Origin: a virus
Length of the DNA: 64,000 nucleotides
Direction: 5' to 3' (one strand)
Virus record (IMG/VR): IMGVR_UViG_3300022752_000037
Span: 31,264-95,263 of that record
In this document: piece by piece, positions 1 to 9,937 of the stretch
Layout: each line of letters starts with the position of its first letter
Numbering within the stretch: position 1 is the first letter of the stretch
Position numbers and translations under genes: made by a program
Notes under the pieces: generated by a model
Seen by the model: the letters and a program-made list of their open reading frames with translations, nothing else
What the model was told of the DNA's origin: nothing
The model's database searches: none

Positions 1-216
1 TACTAGCATGTTAAATTCTTCTTGATGCCTGTTATTAAAATTTAAACTTTTTAATGCTTTAAGATTTATACTAAAGCTAACATGATATTGAAATTTAAAT
101 TTAGGTGCTAAACGAATATCATCATCATCGAACAATCGTGCAGCATGACGAAAATCACTTACAATACCCTTAGGGTTAGTCAAGGATTTTAGGTAATTAT
201 TAATTTTTGATGTCAT
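1..216 (-). CDS. 5' part of a tail-tube-related/baseplate protein (runs off window; absent from the ORF track)
   Basis: ATG at 216 with an open frame to base 1 (MTSKINNYLKSLTNPKGIVSDFRHAARLFDDDDIRLAPKFKFQYHVSF...). The APKFKFQYHVSF segment resembles the tube's MPKLKYRFRVSF. TAAATA lies 4 nt upstream. Confidence 0.7.
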   Translation of the reverse strand, partial: MTSKINNYLKSLTNPKGIVSDFRHAARLFDDDDIRLAPKFKFQYHVSFSINLKALKSLNFNNRHQEEFNMLV

Positions 217-220
217 ACTA

Positions 221-226
221 TATTTA
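221..226 (-). promoter_or_regulatory. T4-type late promoter (TAAATA)
   Basis: GATAAATA on the minus strand, 4 nt before ATG 216. Confidence 0.65.
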
Positions 227-260
227 TCAGCATTATAATATGCGTAGTTTATAAGAGTTT

Positions 261-288
261 AAAAAAAAGCACCGTTTCCGGTGCTTTT
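261..288 (-). terminator. Intrinsic terminator after the tail tube gene (possibly bidirectional)
   Basis: AAAAGCACCG-TTTC-CGGTGCTTTT inverted repeat flanked by A8 and T4 tracts. Confidence 0.85.
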
Positions 289-301
289 AATTTTAGGATT
301 A

Positions 302-940
302 TTAACCTAGACCAGCTGAACCGGTAGCGAATTCTCCTATTGTACGAGCTACAACTTGTCCAACACCCTGAGCAATTGGGAACTGAGTACAGTTATCCAT
401 TTGTATGGTTAAAGCTATTGTAGCTGGAGCACTGTCAGAGTAGGCAAGATTTTGATAATTTGCCTGTTGAATGTAGCAACCGACTATATCCCATGTTTCT
501 AAGACAAATCCGGATCCATCAATACCGTTTTGACCATCAAGTATTTCGATTAGCATTTGAAACTTATAATTACTTGCAGCAGCAGCACTACTTTGTTCTA
601 AAAAGTCAAACTGTTTCTGAAGTTGGGCCCCTACTGCTTTGCTAATGTTTCCATTAGCATCGTCTCGTAGATTTAATGTCATCGGGTTCCATGTGTGTTT
701 TCCTGCATAATTAACTTTACTGTTATAAACGTCTATAACCTGATTAACAAATTGTACTGTGGGTCTGGTAACATCAATTACCTGTTTTGTTAATTCATTT
801 AAACCATTTCCACCTGTTCCAAACGAAATAAAGCTAACTCTAAAGCGATATTTCAGCTTAGGCATTAGCATACCTTGAGAAGTAGCACTTTGATTAGATG
901 CTAATGGAACTGTGAATTTTGAAAGTGAAGCAATTGCCAT
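302..940 (-). CDS. gp19: Tail tube protein
   Basis: PKLKYRFRV, YAGKHTWNPMTLNLRDD and W-x-I-x-GC motifs of T4-like tube proteins; directly downstream of the sheath gene. Confidence 0.9.
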   Translation of the reverse strand: MAIASLSKFTVPLASNQSATSQGMLMPKLKYRFRVSFISFGTGGNGLNELTKQVIDVTRPTVQFVNQVIDVYNSKVNYAGKHTWNPMTLNLRDDANGNISKAVGAQLQKQFDFLEQSSAAAASNYKFQMLIEILDGQNGIDGSGFVLETWDIVGCYIQQANYQNLAYSDSAPATIALTIQMDNCTQFPIAQGVGQVVARTIGEFATGSAGLG

Positions 941-955
941 TTATATTCTCCTAAA

Positions 956-3900
956 TTAGCCTAAGCTCGCAATTTCACCTGTGTTCTTAATACGTAATGG
1001 AATGTAGATAAATTCTACAGCCTTTACAGGCTCGATAGCTACATCTAACCATAGCTCATTACGATCAATTCTACTTGGTGTGTTATTAGATTCGTCACAA
1101 ACAACAATATAATCATATATTGCTCGTTGACTTACAAGTTCTACAAGTAAAGATTCTGCTGCTGCTTTTAATTGATCTCTTGTAATCTTATCGTTTGGTT
1201 CGAAAATATAAGGTTTAGCTAATATACTTAATTGTCTACGTAGGTATACAATTAATCTGGCTACATTAACGCGGTCAAGAGCACTATTTCCTCTAGCTCT
1301 TGTTTTTTGTCCATAGCATACTAAACCAGTTCCTGTAAGGAATGTAATAGGATTAATCTTTTGTTCATACAATGTATCTCTACGACCTGTGTTAAGAGCT
1401 ACACTTCTAAACTCACCTTCACCTGTTACATATCCAACTGCTGTAGCATTTGTAATACCACCACGACGCACACCTGCTGGAGCAAACCATGGATAAGAAA
1501 CTTGATCGCTTAGAGCAATTGTTCTTAGCATCATGTGACTTGGTGGGACAACAACGTTGTTACCGAAGTTGTCGCTAGTAAAGCCCCACGGATAATACAT
1601 AGCTACGTATTCATCAAACGTAGTAGCACCGATATCATTATCTTCTACAGCGACTAATTCGTTACTACTCCATCTTAGTAAGCTAGTACCATCAGATGGT
1701 AGTCTAGCTGGACTATCTCCTACTACAAAACCTGTTAATGCACGATCGTAGTTTAGTGTAACCAATTCGCCTATTAGCTCAGGATACCCTGGGCAAGCTA
1801 ATAAATTAAACACACGACGCTCTTCGTCTCTAAGATCCTCGTTACTATTAACTGCTGCTTGGAGTGCTGTTACAACAACTTTTCTTTGGGCTTTACGTCC
1901 GAAACTACCTGATCCACTATCCTGATTTCCACTGATTGTAACCCAACGATGTGGATAATATGTTCCCATTGGACTGTTGTCACGTGGATTATCTTCTGAT
2001 GGATTAATATAATCACGCTTGAATTGTTTTACATTAAATCCACTACGACGTAAATTCCATAATAACATTCCTTTTGGATACAACGCAGGGTCCGGAGCAT
2101 CTGGGTCTAAAAAGTCGCTTACAAGCAAGTCTGTAATACTACTTGCTTCTGCTCCTGCGTTTGATCCTACATCTGTCCAACGAACATCGGCAAATAATAC
2201 ACCTTCTTCTGTTGTTTGATCACTAGTATCACGCTTGACCCAACGCTTCACAACTGGAACATTTGTTAAGTTAGCATTATAGACATAAATTTGTGGAAAG
2301 TTTTCTAGATCACTAGTATCGACCCAAATGTCACCGTTAACTAATGATGTTACACCGTCACCTTGGGTTTCAGGTGCGCTTGCAGCCGCAATCGGACCAT
2401 TAACACCTGAGTAAACATTTTTGTAACCTTTCCAAGTTGTTCCATTATGTACCATGATGTCTACTTCATCAATAATACTACTGTACCAAATCTGTCCATC
2501 ATCAGGGATACGCTCAGGAGCTGTTCCAGAAGCAGCATATGCTAGTGGTTCCCAATTACTCGCGATAAATTCATTTGTAGCATCTGGAGCATCGTGCAAG
2601 AAACGAGTTTTTCCTGAATTAATTGCACCTGGTTCATAATCAAACACTGCAAAAATTAAAGGTAAAGGACTGGTTCCTGAACCGTTATCAAAACGCATTT
2701 CACCACCATTTAGATGCTTAATTACTAAACGATTTTGTGAATCTACTTCTGCTTGAACAAATTGAAATGCTGCATTATTAATTGCCGCCGCCAAAGTGTC
2801 TGCATCTAATGGAGCTTCTGTTGAATCGTCATTTACTGTTGTAGCTGCTGTAAATGTAATTGTTTTAATGGTTCCTAATGTCCCATCTAATAAACTTTCA
2901 CGCATTTGAAAACTATATGATGTTCCGTCTGTGAAAGTATTTGCTAGAATAGGATTACTAGTTATAACTGTTTCTCCAACAGTTCCACGTTTCCATATTT
3001 TAAAATTTACAATTGCAGGACTGGCTTCAGTATGATTTGTTTGAGCATATAGTGCTCCGGTTAATAAATTCTTTCCGCCTCCAGTAGGATCCAAACCATA
3101 AATTGCCGAATGACCATTACTATATACTGGGCATCCTACACGTTCCCATGCTAAAGTACCGCTATTAAAACGTTGGACATAGATATTTGCACCATTATTA
3201 GGTGTGGTAGTTTTTATCCATACACTGCCGGATGGTTTTGGAGTGGCGTCACTTGACTTCCATTCTGGAACCTGAGTATGAGGACTAACTTGTAATGCTA
3301 GACCTCCTGTTGCCCAGTTTGTTGAACCTACAGGCACCCATCCAGTCCCTGCTTTTTTATAGTATAAACCATGTTCATAAACATCACCGTGAACAGTTGT
3401 TAATGTTGAAGTTGCTGGATCTGTATCTACAGAAACTATTGCATAGTCTCCGAATGAACCTACTGCTGCTTTTGGAGCACCTGTAGTGATATCAACTTTA
3501 CTTACTTCTGTAATAACTATGGGTGTTTTGCTTACAAATTTTTGTCCTCCTGCTGTAATAGCAGAAGAATCCCATTCAAATATCCCAAATTTTGTAATAC
3601 CTGTATGGAACCAATGTGTACCTCCTATTGGAGTACTAGCTGGTTCTGTAGCAGAGGGCTGTAATTGATTTAAATCAATATCTGCTCTTACTACATAAGC
3701 TCTATTACTTACTCCTAAAAAGCTATAGGCTGCTTGTAATCCATATTCATTTAACTCGCCAGCATGAACTGGATTTCCACTGATATCTGTCTGAAATACT
3801 GGATCTCCAAAATAATCAGCAAGGTCACGTTGACTGGTTAATAGATAAATTTGTCCGGCATTAGCTTTTAGAGTTCCTAGTGCTAAACCTGATCCGGATC

Positions 3901-4018
3901 CGTTAGTTTTGTTCTCAGCCGAGGCAACCACAATTAAAGGAACTGTGCCAGGTTCGGCTGGTGTATAAAATGACTCGTCAATAACTTTGACTTCTACGCC
4001 TGGTGAACTTAATGCCAT
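956..4018 (-). CDS. gp18: Tail sheath protein with a large central insertion (~1020 aa)
   Basis: N-term MALSSPGVEVKVIDES; C-term WFAPAGVRRG, LDRVNVARL, FEPND, PVKAVEFIYI. Start moved to 4018 because an AGGAG SD precedes it. Confidence 0.95.
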   Translation of the reverse strand: MALSSPGVEVKVIDESFYTPAEPGTVPLIVVASAENKTNGSGSGLALGTLKANAGQIYLLTSQRDLADYFGDPVFQTDISGNPVHAGELNEYGLQAAYSFLGVSNRAYVVRADIDLNQLQPSATEPASTPIGGTHWFHTGITKFGIFEWDSSAITAGGQKFVSKTPIVITEVSKVDITTGAPKAAVGSFGDYAIVSVDTDPATSTLTTVHGDVYEHGLYYKKAGTGWVPVGSTNWATGGLALQVSPHTQVPEWKSSDATPKPSGSVWIKTTTPNNGANIYVQRFNSGTLAWERVGCPVYSNGHSAIYGLDPTGGGKNLLTGALYAQTNHTEASPAIVNFKIWKRGTVGETVITSNPILANTFTDGTSYSFQMRESLLDGTLGTIKTITFTAATTVNDDSTEAPLDADTLAAAINNAAFQFVQAEVDSQNRLVIKHLNGGEMRFDNGSGTSPLPLIFAVFDYEPGAINSGKTRFLHDAPDATNEFIASNWEPLAYAASGTAPERIPDDGQIWYSSIIDEVDIMVHNGTTWKGYKNVYSGVNGPIAAASAPETQGDGVTSLVNGDIWVDTSDLENFPQIYVYNANLTNVPVVKRWVKRDTSDQTTEEGVLFADVRWTDVGSNAGAEASSITDLLVSDFLDPDAPDPALYPKGMLLWNLRRSGFNVKQFKRDYINPSEDNPRDNSPMGTYYPHRWVTISGNQDSGSGSFGRKAQRKVVVTALQAAVNSNEDLRDEERRVFNLLACPGYPELIGELVTLNYDRALTGFVVGDSPARLPSDGTSLLRWSSNELVAVEDNDIGATTFDEYVAMYYPWGFTSDNFGNNVVVPPSHMMLRTIALSDQVSYPWFAPAGVRRGGITNATAVGYVTGEGEFRSVALNTGRRDTLYEQKINPITFLTGTGLVCYGQKTRARGNSALDRVNVARLIVYLRRQLSILAKPYIFEPNDKITRDQLKAAAESLLVELVSQRAIYDYIVVCDESNNTPSRIDRNELWLDVAIEPVKAVEFIYIPLRIKNTGEIASLG

Positions 4019-4050
4019 CTTGGATTCTCCTAAGGTTTCTGTTCTAATAT

Positions 4051-4058
4051 TATTTATA
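4051..4058 (-). promoter_or_regulatory. T4 late promoter TATAAATA for the sheath-tube operon
   Basis: Exact T4 late consensus upstream of the sheath SD. Confidence 0.8.
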
Positions 4059-4115
4059 GTATTCCTGCAAAAATAATCAGTTATAACCTTAGGAAAAGGT
4101 ACAAAAAAGGGCAAC

Positions 4116-4121
4116 TAAATA
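4116..4121 (+). promoter_or_regulatory. Late promoter TAAATA
   Basis: 7 nt upstream of ATG 4129. Confidence 0.55.
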
Positions 4122-4128
4122 GTAAATT

Positions 4129-4467
4129 ATGCGTCCGTTATGTTTGTGTAAACTAAGACCTGCCGCCATTAATTATAAAAAAAATGGTAAAATTTATTAT
4201 AGAAAAAAATGTGAAACATGCTTACGCTATGGAGGCGTAAGCAAAGGAGATCCGAAATGGTACCAAGAAGGATACAGAATAAAATTAATCTGTGATAAAT
4301 GCGGTTATAAAAGTAAACATAAAGAACAATTTGATGTTTATCATATAGACGGAAACTTAAACAATAACCGGTTCGCTAATTTAAAGACAGTATGTGCGAA
4401 TTGTCAACGTGTTCTGCATATTGAGCATCATATTTGGAGGCGAGGTGATCCTCAACCAGATTTTTAA
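4129..4467 (+). CDS. Small Zn-finger/HNH endonuclease-like protein
   Basis: CxxC pairs and H-IDGN-xx-NN...NL..VCANC-x3-H HNH-type motif. Confidence 0.8.
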   Translation: MRPLCLCKLRPAAINYKKNGKIYYRKKCETCLRYGGVSKGDPKWYQEGYRIKLICDKCGYKSKHKEQFDVYHIDGNLNNNRFANLKTVCANCQRVLHIEHHIWRRGDPQPDF

Positions 4468-5074
4468 GTTGGCCGAACAATGTGTCCATGCTGCCGTTAT
4501 TATCTATAATATAGTCTATGTCTCCACCGACCCAGCTTGTTTCACTAGAGTGGATATTTAATTCTGACATTCGTTGTTTACTAATTGCCCAACTCATGTT
4601 GGTAGGGCCTTTATTCATGTTAACAGCATCATCATACCAGTCAGGATCTGGACCACGACGAACTCTTACTACTAGACCTTTGGCATTGTGTATAGCTTGA
4701 ATTTCGTTAGGAAATCTTACATCACTGATAACAATGTTATCTTTAGTTTTTCTCAGTTTATTTTCTAGACTAGCAATCCAGATATCATCGTGAAACCCTT
4801 GACGACATACTTCAGTGCCCCAATATTGTAAAACCCAACGTGGAGTAATTTGTCTGCCTAACCGATTTGACCACCAAAAATCTACTTGATCACGCCAAGC
4901 ACGACTTTCTGCTGTGCGTCCTTCTAATAGGGTTCTATCCCAGCCAAACACTGCTGCTACAGCATCTTTTAAGGTATTGGCGAAACTGTCCCGCCTGAAT
5001 TCATGAAAATTAACAAGGTAATCTGCTGCGGTATCTTTGCCAGATCCTATAAATCCAACGAAGCCAATGATCAT
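4376..5074 (-). CDS. gp1: Deoxynucleoside monophosphate kinase
   Basis: P-loop GFIGSGKDT, SFA..LKD, TPR..LQ..GTE, ISDVRFPNE, HSSE. Confidence 0.92.
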   Translation of the reverse strand: MIIGFVGFIGSGKDTAADYLVNFHEFRRDSFANTLKDAVAAVFGWDRTLLEGRTAESRAWRDQVDFWWSNRLGRQITPRWVLQYWGTEVCRQGFHDDIWIASLENKLRKTKDNIVISDVRFPNEIQAIHNAKGLVVRVRRGPDPDWYDDAVNMNKGPTNMSWAISKQRMSELNIHSSETSWVGGDIDYIIDNNGSMDTLFGQLKNLVEDHLASKYDAQYAEHVDNSHILSLN

Positions 5075-5096
5075 AGTATCTCCTTAGTGATACTAT

Positions 5097-5125
5097 ATTT
5101 TATAAAATTTATTCTACATTGTCAA
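5097..5125 (-). promoter_or_regulatory. Host sigma70-type promoter for dNMP kinase
   Basis: TTGACA (5125-5120), 17-nt spacer, TAAAAT (5102-5097); AAGGAG SD downstream. Confidence 0.7.
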
Positions 5126-5128
5126 GAA

Positions 5129-5485
5129 TTATACACCATATTTGTTAGGTTTTGGCTTGGCTACTATACTCTGTTTATTTACTGATTTTAATTCTTGACT
5201 TGGGCCTTTTCCAACTATAGTTTTTCCTTTAATGCCTTGGTTTTTCTGTGCTTGGTTAACTATATCTTCTTCACCTTTACTGTACATCCAAACAGCAGGA
5301 ACATCTTTAGCCGGCCCTTCTTTAGCTACTGGTTTATCAGGAGCTCCTGCCATGGCTATACCAAATCTATACATTCCATAATATTGATCTATATCTCCGT
5401 ACTGTTTAGCATGAGATCCAGATTGTTTGATATTTTTACCTAGTTTTTTTTCTGCTTTTTCAATTAATATATCTCTAACTTTCAT
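5129..5485 (-). CDS. Hypothetical basic protein, possibly an internal head protein
   Basis: 118-aa Lys-rich ORF; N-term MKVRDILIE resembles a capsid-targeting propeptide. Confidence 0.6.
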   Translation of the reverse strand: MKVRDILIEKAEKKLGKNIKQSGSHAKQYGDIDQYYGMYRFGIAMAGAPDKPVAKEGPAKDVPAVWMYSKGEEDIVNQAQKNQGIKGKTIVGKGPSQELKSVNKQSIVAKPKPNKYGV

Positions 5486-5488
5486 AAG

Positions 5489-6250
5489 TTAACCTATCAC
5501 AAAAGTATATCCTGTGCCACCAGGTATCAAATCAAATAATTCTTTTTCAAGCCTCTCAATATCAGCTAATCCTTGTGTTTTAAGATCACCCCCGTTAAGT
5601 TGACTACCTCCTTGGGGTCCAGCAATAGTAGCAAATTTGCTTCTTGCTTCTCCAAGTATAATTTTACAATTAGCCAAGGTATAATCTAAAATCCACTGGC
5701 GTGCATATAGATCGTTTAAAAGGACAAAATCGGGCCTAAAATTCTGTACTCTAAGCATTAGTGTTTCACCCTCTGTGAATGGACGTTGTAAAACTCTAAA
5801 AGTTCTGCTATATTGAATCCATTGAAATTCGATATAACTTCCAAAGATTTTACCTATCATTTCTTGGTAACTAGCAAACATATAGTAAGTTGCTATGCCG
5901 CCTAACATTGTACTGTTTAAAAGATAGGTGTTAGTATAAGCTAGATTGAATGGTTCGAAATTAGTGCCTGTTCCACCACCAGTTCTGCTTCCTAATGTTC
6001 TACGAAAACAACTTTGTACATTGATAATTTCATCGCTAAGTTTATAATCATTTTTATCTTTTTCTAAAGTCAAAAAGCAATAACTTTCTTCTACACTATT
6101 ACTACTGCGTTGTCTAAATTTAGCTAGGGTACGATTAAGTGCTGTTTCATAATGTGTAGGGTCTAGTTCGACATCGATCATACCGTCGCCTAGCATTGTT
6201 CTGCAATAATCGTAAACTTTTTGACGTTCTTCTTGCGGATTATCGTTCAT
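5489..6250 (-). CDS. gp13: Neck protein (head-tail adaptor)
   Basis: LGDGMIDVEL, W..DY.LA..K.ILG..RSKF, GPQGG..LNG motifs; GGAG SD supports start 6250. Confidence 0.88.
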   Translation of the reverse strand: MNDNPQEERQKVYDYCRTMLGDGMIDVELDPTHYETALNRTLAKFRQRSSNSVEESYCFLTLEKDKNDYKLSDEIINVQSCFRRTLGSRTGGGTGTNFEPFNLAYTNTYLLNSTMLGGIATYYMFASYQEMIGKIFGSYIEFQWIQYSRTFRVLQRPFTEGETLMLRVQNFRPDFVLLNDLYARQWILDYTLANCKIILGEARSKFATIAGPQGGSQLNGGDLKTQGLADIERLEKELFDLIPGGTGYTFVIG

Positions 6251-6265
6251 ACATTTCTCCATTAA

Positions 6266-6280
6266 TATTTACCATAAATA
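6266..6280. promoter_or_regulatory. Back-to-back divergent late promoters for gp13 and gp14
   Basis: TATTTA (6266-6271, minus-strand TAAATA) and TAAATA (6275-6280, plus strand). Confidence 0.75.
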
Positions 6281-6287
6281 TATTACT

Positions 6288-7589
6288 ATGCCACGTTTAT
6301 CATTATACCGTCCTGAAAAGGGTAACGATTACAAATTTTTAGACAGAAACATTAGTGAAATGTTTCAAATAGGTGGAACCGATTTATACTTTCACAAGTA
6401 TATTGGACCCCTCAACACTCCAGAAGGCGAATCTACTCCTGAAAGACCTCACTATGCCAGTCAAAGTGAAACCAACATACAGGATTTACTTTTTTTAGAA
6501 AATCGAGATAGAAAGTATGATTCTAGTATATATACATTACGTGGAATTTATAATGTAGCAGATATAGATTTTAATTTAAGTCAGTTTGGATTATGGTTAG
6601 ATAATGATACTTTAACCTTAACTGTTCACATTAACGATACAGTAAAATTAATAGGACGTAAACCTTTAAGTGGTGATGTAATTGAGTTACCACATCTACG
6701 TGATGAATTTGCTTTAAACAATTTTGATACTGCTCTTCCTAGATTCTATGTCATTGAAGATGTAGGGCGTGCTAGCGAAGGATTTAGTAGAACTTGGTAT
6801 CCTCATTTATATCGTTTAAAATTAAAAAAAATCACAGACAGTCAACAATATGCTGATATATTAAAAACGCCCACAGATAAAGATGCTAATTTTGTTGGAG
6901 ATTATAGCGAAACAACTACATATCAACCTGGAGAGATAGTTAGATTTCAAGGAGGGTTGTATACTGTATTATCTATAATTACTGGAACCGAACCACCGGA
7001 TACAACATATTATATGCCCTATGTAGAAACCACCATTAGAGATATTTTGAGTACTCAAAATAAAGCATTAGAAATCAATGATGCTATAATTTCAGAAGCA
7101 GAAGAAAACACTCCAAAAAGTGGCTATGAAACTAGACAATTTTTTACATTAGCTGCTAATGAAGAAGGAAAGCCTGCTTTAATTACAGCTGATGATACTT
7201 TACCGCCTCCTGATGCAAGTTCTACAACTATGGATGCTAGCAGAATTATGGAGCGTCCTATTAGAACTGGTTATGCAGGATATATGTTAGGAGATGGAGT
7301 ACCAGATAATGGAGTACAATTTGGGTTTGGTGGGAGCTTCCCCCAGGGTGCGATAGAAGGAGATTATTTCTTACGTACTGACTATGTGCCTAATAGACTA
7401 TTTCGTTATACCGGAAATCGTTGGCTAAAACGTGAGGATAATGTACGACATACATTAACAAATACTGATACTAGAAAAACTCGTAAAACTAGCTTTATTA
7501 ATAATACAAATGTTGATAATATAGGCGGTACAAATATTGAAGAACGTCAACCAATTAGTAAGGCCCTTAAACCTAAGGCAGATTTATAA
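6288..7589 (+). CDS. gp14: Neck/head-completion protein (gp14-like) with an inserted CBM5/12-like module
   Basis: IQDLLFLENRDRKY, FNLSQFG, GRKPLSGDVIELPHL; position between gp13 and gp15; insert YQPGEIVRFQGGLY. Confidence 0.75.
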   Translation: MPRLSLYRPEKGNDYKFLDRNISEMFQIGGTDLYFHKYIGPLNTPEGESTPERPHYASQSETNIQDLLFLENRDRKYDSSIYTLRGIYNVADIDFNLSQFGLWLDNDTLTLTVHINDTVKLIGRKPLSGDVIELPHLRDEFALNNFDTALPRFYVIEDVGRASEGFSRTWYPHLYRLKLKKITDSQQYADILKTPTDKDANFVGDYSETTTYQPGEIVRFQGGLYTVLSIITGTEPPDTTYYMPYVETTIRDILSTQNKALEINDAIISEAEENTPKSGYETRQFFTLAANEEGKPALITADDTLPPPDASSTTMDASRIMERPIRTGYAGYMLGDGVPDNGVQFGFGGSFPQGAIEGDYFLRTDYVPNRLFRYTGNRWLKREDNVRHTLTNTDTRKTRKTSFINNTNVDNIGGTNIEERQPISKALKPKADL

Positions 7590-9238
7590 TGCAATTTTTT
7601 TATGATGGTCAAATAAGACGCTACCTTACTCAAATAATGAGATTATTAAGTAATTTTGTTGTTAGGCATAGCGACGGAACTCTAGTTAGGATTCCAGTGA
7701 TGTACGGGGATCCTGATAGACAAGCTGCGAATATAATAAATCAAAATAGTGAAAATACTATTCCTAGCGTGCCCAGAATAGCTGTATATATCACTGAATA
7801 TGACTTAAATCGTAATAGAATTCAAGAACCTACTTTTATAAGTAAAATTCACCTAAGAGAACGAGCTATAGAAGTAGATGAAGATGGTAACGAGTATTAT
7901 ACCAGTGCTCAAGGTAGACAAGTAACAGTTGAACGTATGATGCCTACTCCTTTTGATCTTACTGTTAAGGTAGATATTTGGAGCTCTAATACAGAACAAA
8001 AGTTACAAATTTTAGAGCAAATCCTGGTTTTATTTAATCCTAGTTTGGAAATTCAAACCACAGACAATTTTATAGACTGGACCAGTTTAAGTGTAGTAGA
8101 ACTAGAAGATGTTAATTTTAGTAGTAGATCTGTACCTACAGGAACTAATAGTTCAATAGATATAGCCAGCATTACTTTAAAAACGCCTACATGGTTAAGT
8201 CCACCTGTAAAAGTTAAAAAGCTGGGTGTAGTAACTAGTGTTATTAGTAATTTATACACGGGAATAGATCCAGGAATTGGAGATTATCTTGAGGGATTTG
8301 GTATAGATCCCGCTGCCTATGAAAGAAGTCCTGTAAATTTTGAATTTACTCAATACAATACTGTAGGAAATTTTGAAATAGAAGTTACTAATAATACTAT
8401 ACGTATGTTTGGAGTAGAAAAAGGCGAAGACGACAATTTACCGTGGGATCAACTTCTTATGCAATTTCCCGGAACTTTTCGTAATGGGCTGAGTAAATTA
8501 TTTTTATTACAAAAAGATCAGTCTGTAATTATAGGAACTCTAAGTCGTAATCCGTTAGATCCTACTTTATTGAGTGTTACTTGGGATGTAGACAGTTATC
8601 ATAGTAATAATTACATAGATGAAAACGGAAATATAGAAAACATTGATACAGATTATGATCCTAATACTGGTAGAGGAACATTTGATGCAGTAATTAATCC
8701 ACAAACATTTAATCCTAAAAGACCAAATGGCGAACCTATAGATCAACCGATTGCTGTAGGAGTAAGATACCTTTTAGTAGAAAATTGCGGAGGAGGTCTA
8801 CGAGAAACATTTTTAATGCCTCGAGCATCTAAGTACATCAATACCGGAGAAATTTTTTCCAATATAAACCATAGTCAACTAGTAATAAATGGCATAGTTG
8901 TTTCTCATATTATTCAAAATTCTAATGGTAAGTGTCAAATAAAAACTAACACAACAATTACAAAAAATAGTATTGTTACTTATGTTTTAAATTATAACGA
9001 GGATGGTCCGGACGCTTGGAAAAATTTAGATGGATCTGATACTATAGCTTTCACCAATGATATCATTATGTGGAGTGGCACAGAATGGAAAATAATATTC
9101 GATGCTCAAACAAGAGTAGATGATTTGATCTATCAGACTAATTATTTTACAGGGACTCAATACAAATGGAATGGAATTAATTGGGTTAAAAGTTTCGAGG
9201 GCGATTATGGTAGAGGAAGTTGGAGAATACAGCTCTAA
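7589..9238 (+). CDS. gp15: Tail sheath stabiliser/tail terminator with C-terminal extension
   Basis: MQFFYDGQIRRY, IPVMYG, PTPFDL, QILEQILVLFNP. Confidence 0.85.
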   Translation: MQFFYDGQIRRYLTQIMRLLSNFVVRHSDGTLVRIPVMYGDPDRQAANIINQNSENTIPSVPRIAVYITEYDLNRNRIQEPTFISKIHLRERAIEVDEDGNEYYTSAQGRQVTVERMMPTPFDLTVKVDIWSSNTEQKLQILEQILVLFNPSLEIQTTDNFIDWTSLSVVELEDVNFSSRSVPTGTNSSIDIASITLKTPTWLSPPVKVKKLGVVTSVISNLYTGIDPGIGDYLEGFGIDPAAYERSPVNFEFTQYNTVGNFEIEVTNNTIRMFGVEKGEDDNLPWDQLLMQFPGTFRNGLSKLFLLQKDQSVIIGTLSRNPLDPTLLSVTWDVDSYHSNNYIDENGNIENIDTDYDPNTGRGTFDAVINPQTFNPKRPNGEPIDQPIAVGVRYLLVENCGGGLRETFLMPRASKYINTGEIFSNINHSQLVINGIVVSHIIQNSNGKCQIKTNTTITKNSIVTYVLNYNEDGPDAWKNLDGSDTIAFTNDIIMWSGTEWKIIFDAQTRVDDLIYQTNYFTGTQYKWNGINWVKSFEGDYGRGSWRIQL

Positions 9239-9668
9239 TAAAGAAATTAGATGTTCAGGAGCAATGATTTGCTCTAAAAAAACAAAACGTGTAATACTTT
9301 TACAAAAAGCCAATGGTAAACATAACGGATTTTGGGGACTAGTTGGTGGTACAAACATTGGTGTTGAAACAGTTTGGCAGGGGTTATGTAGAGAAATAGA
9401 AGAGGAAGTAGGATTTTTACCTGAATTTTTAAAAATTATTCCTTTAGAAAAATTTGTAAGTAACGATCACTTATTTCACTTTAATACATTTTTTTGTATT
9501 GTTGAAGAAGAGTTTATTCCTAGCTTAAGTAAGGAACATAAAGCATGGGGATGGTTTAATTTGAAATCTCTACCTAAGCCTATTCATAAAGCGTTAGACT
9601 TAAGTCTTAGGAATAAATTTTTAGAAAATAAAATTAGTACAATAATTGAACTCATCGAGATAATGTAA
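9207..9668 (+). CDS. NUDIX hydrolase
   Basis: Nudix box GG-x5-ET..GLCREIEEEVG; start uncertain (9171 or 9207). Confidence 0.85.
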   Translation: MVEEVGEYSSNKEIRCSGAMICSKKTKRVILLQKANGKHNGFWGLVGGTNIGVETVWQGLCREIEEEVGFLPEFLKIIPLEKFVSNDHLFHFNTFFCIVEEEFIPSLSKEHKAWGWFNLKSLPKPIHKALDLSLRNKFLENKISTIIELIEIM

Positions 9669-9937
9669 TGCTTAGTTTAGAACATAGTGAAGATTTTAAA
9701 AAAGATTTTATGAAATTTAAAACAGAAATTGATAACTTAGATGATTTATTTCTTAAAGAAAAGTTAACAAATTTACTTAACTCCTTATTAGAATCAGTAA
9801 GGAAAATTGATGAACTTCATAAGGAATCTATATTCGATAAGGCTCCTCTTTCAAGTAAAGTAAGTAGAGAAACGATTATTAAGATTAGATCTGAATTAGT
9901 AGAGCAGCTATTAATGGCCCAGTCCAGGTATAATTAA
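9668..9937 (+). CDS. Hypothetical helical protein
   Basis: 89-aa ORF coupled (TAATG) to the NUDIX gene. Confidence 0.6.
   Translation: MLSLEHSEDFKKDFMKFKTEIDNLDDLFLKEKLTNLLNSLLESVRKIDELHKESIFDKAPLSSKVSRETIIKIRSELVEQLLMAQSRYN

Noticed and set aside
4019-4114. N-terminal extensions given by the ORF track for the sheath gene (and similarly at 6262, 20631, 31927, 33274, 35222, 36351, 53168, 63657)
   Set aside because: Downstream ATGs have SD sequences, late promoters or stop-start coupling and match the family N-termini
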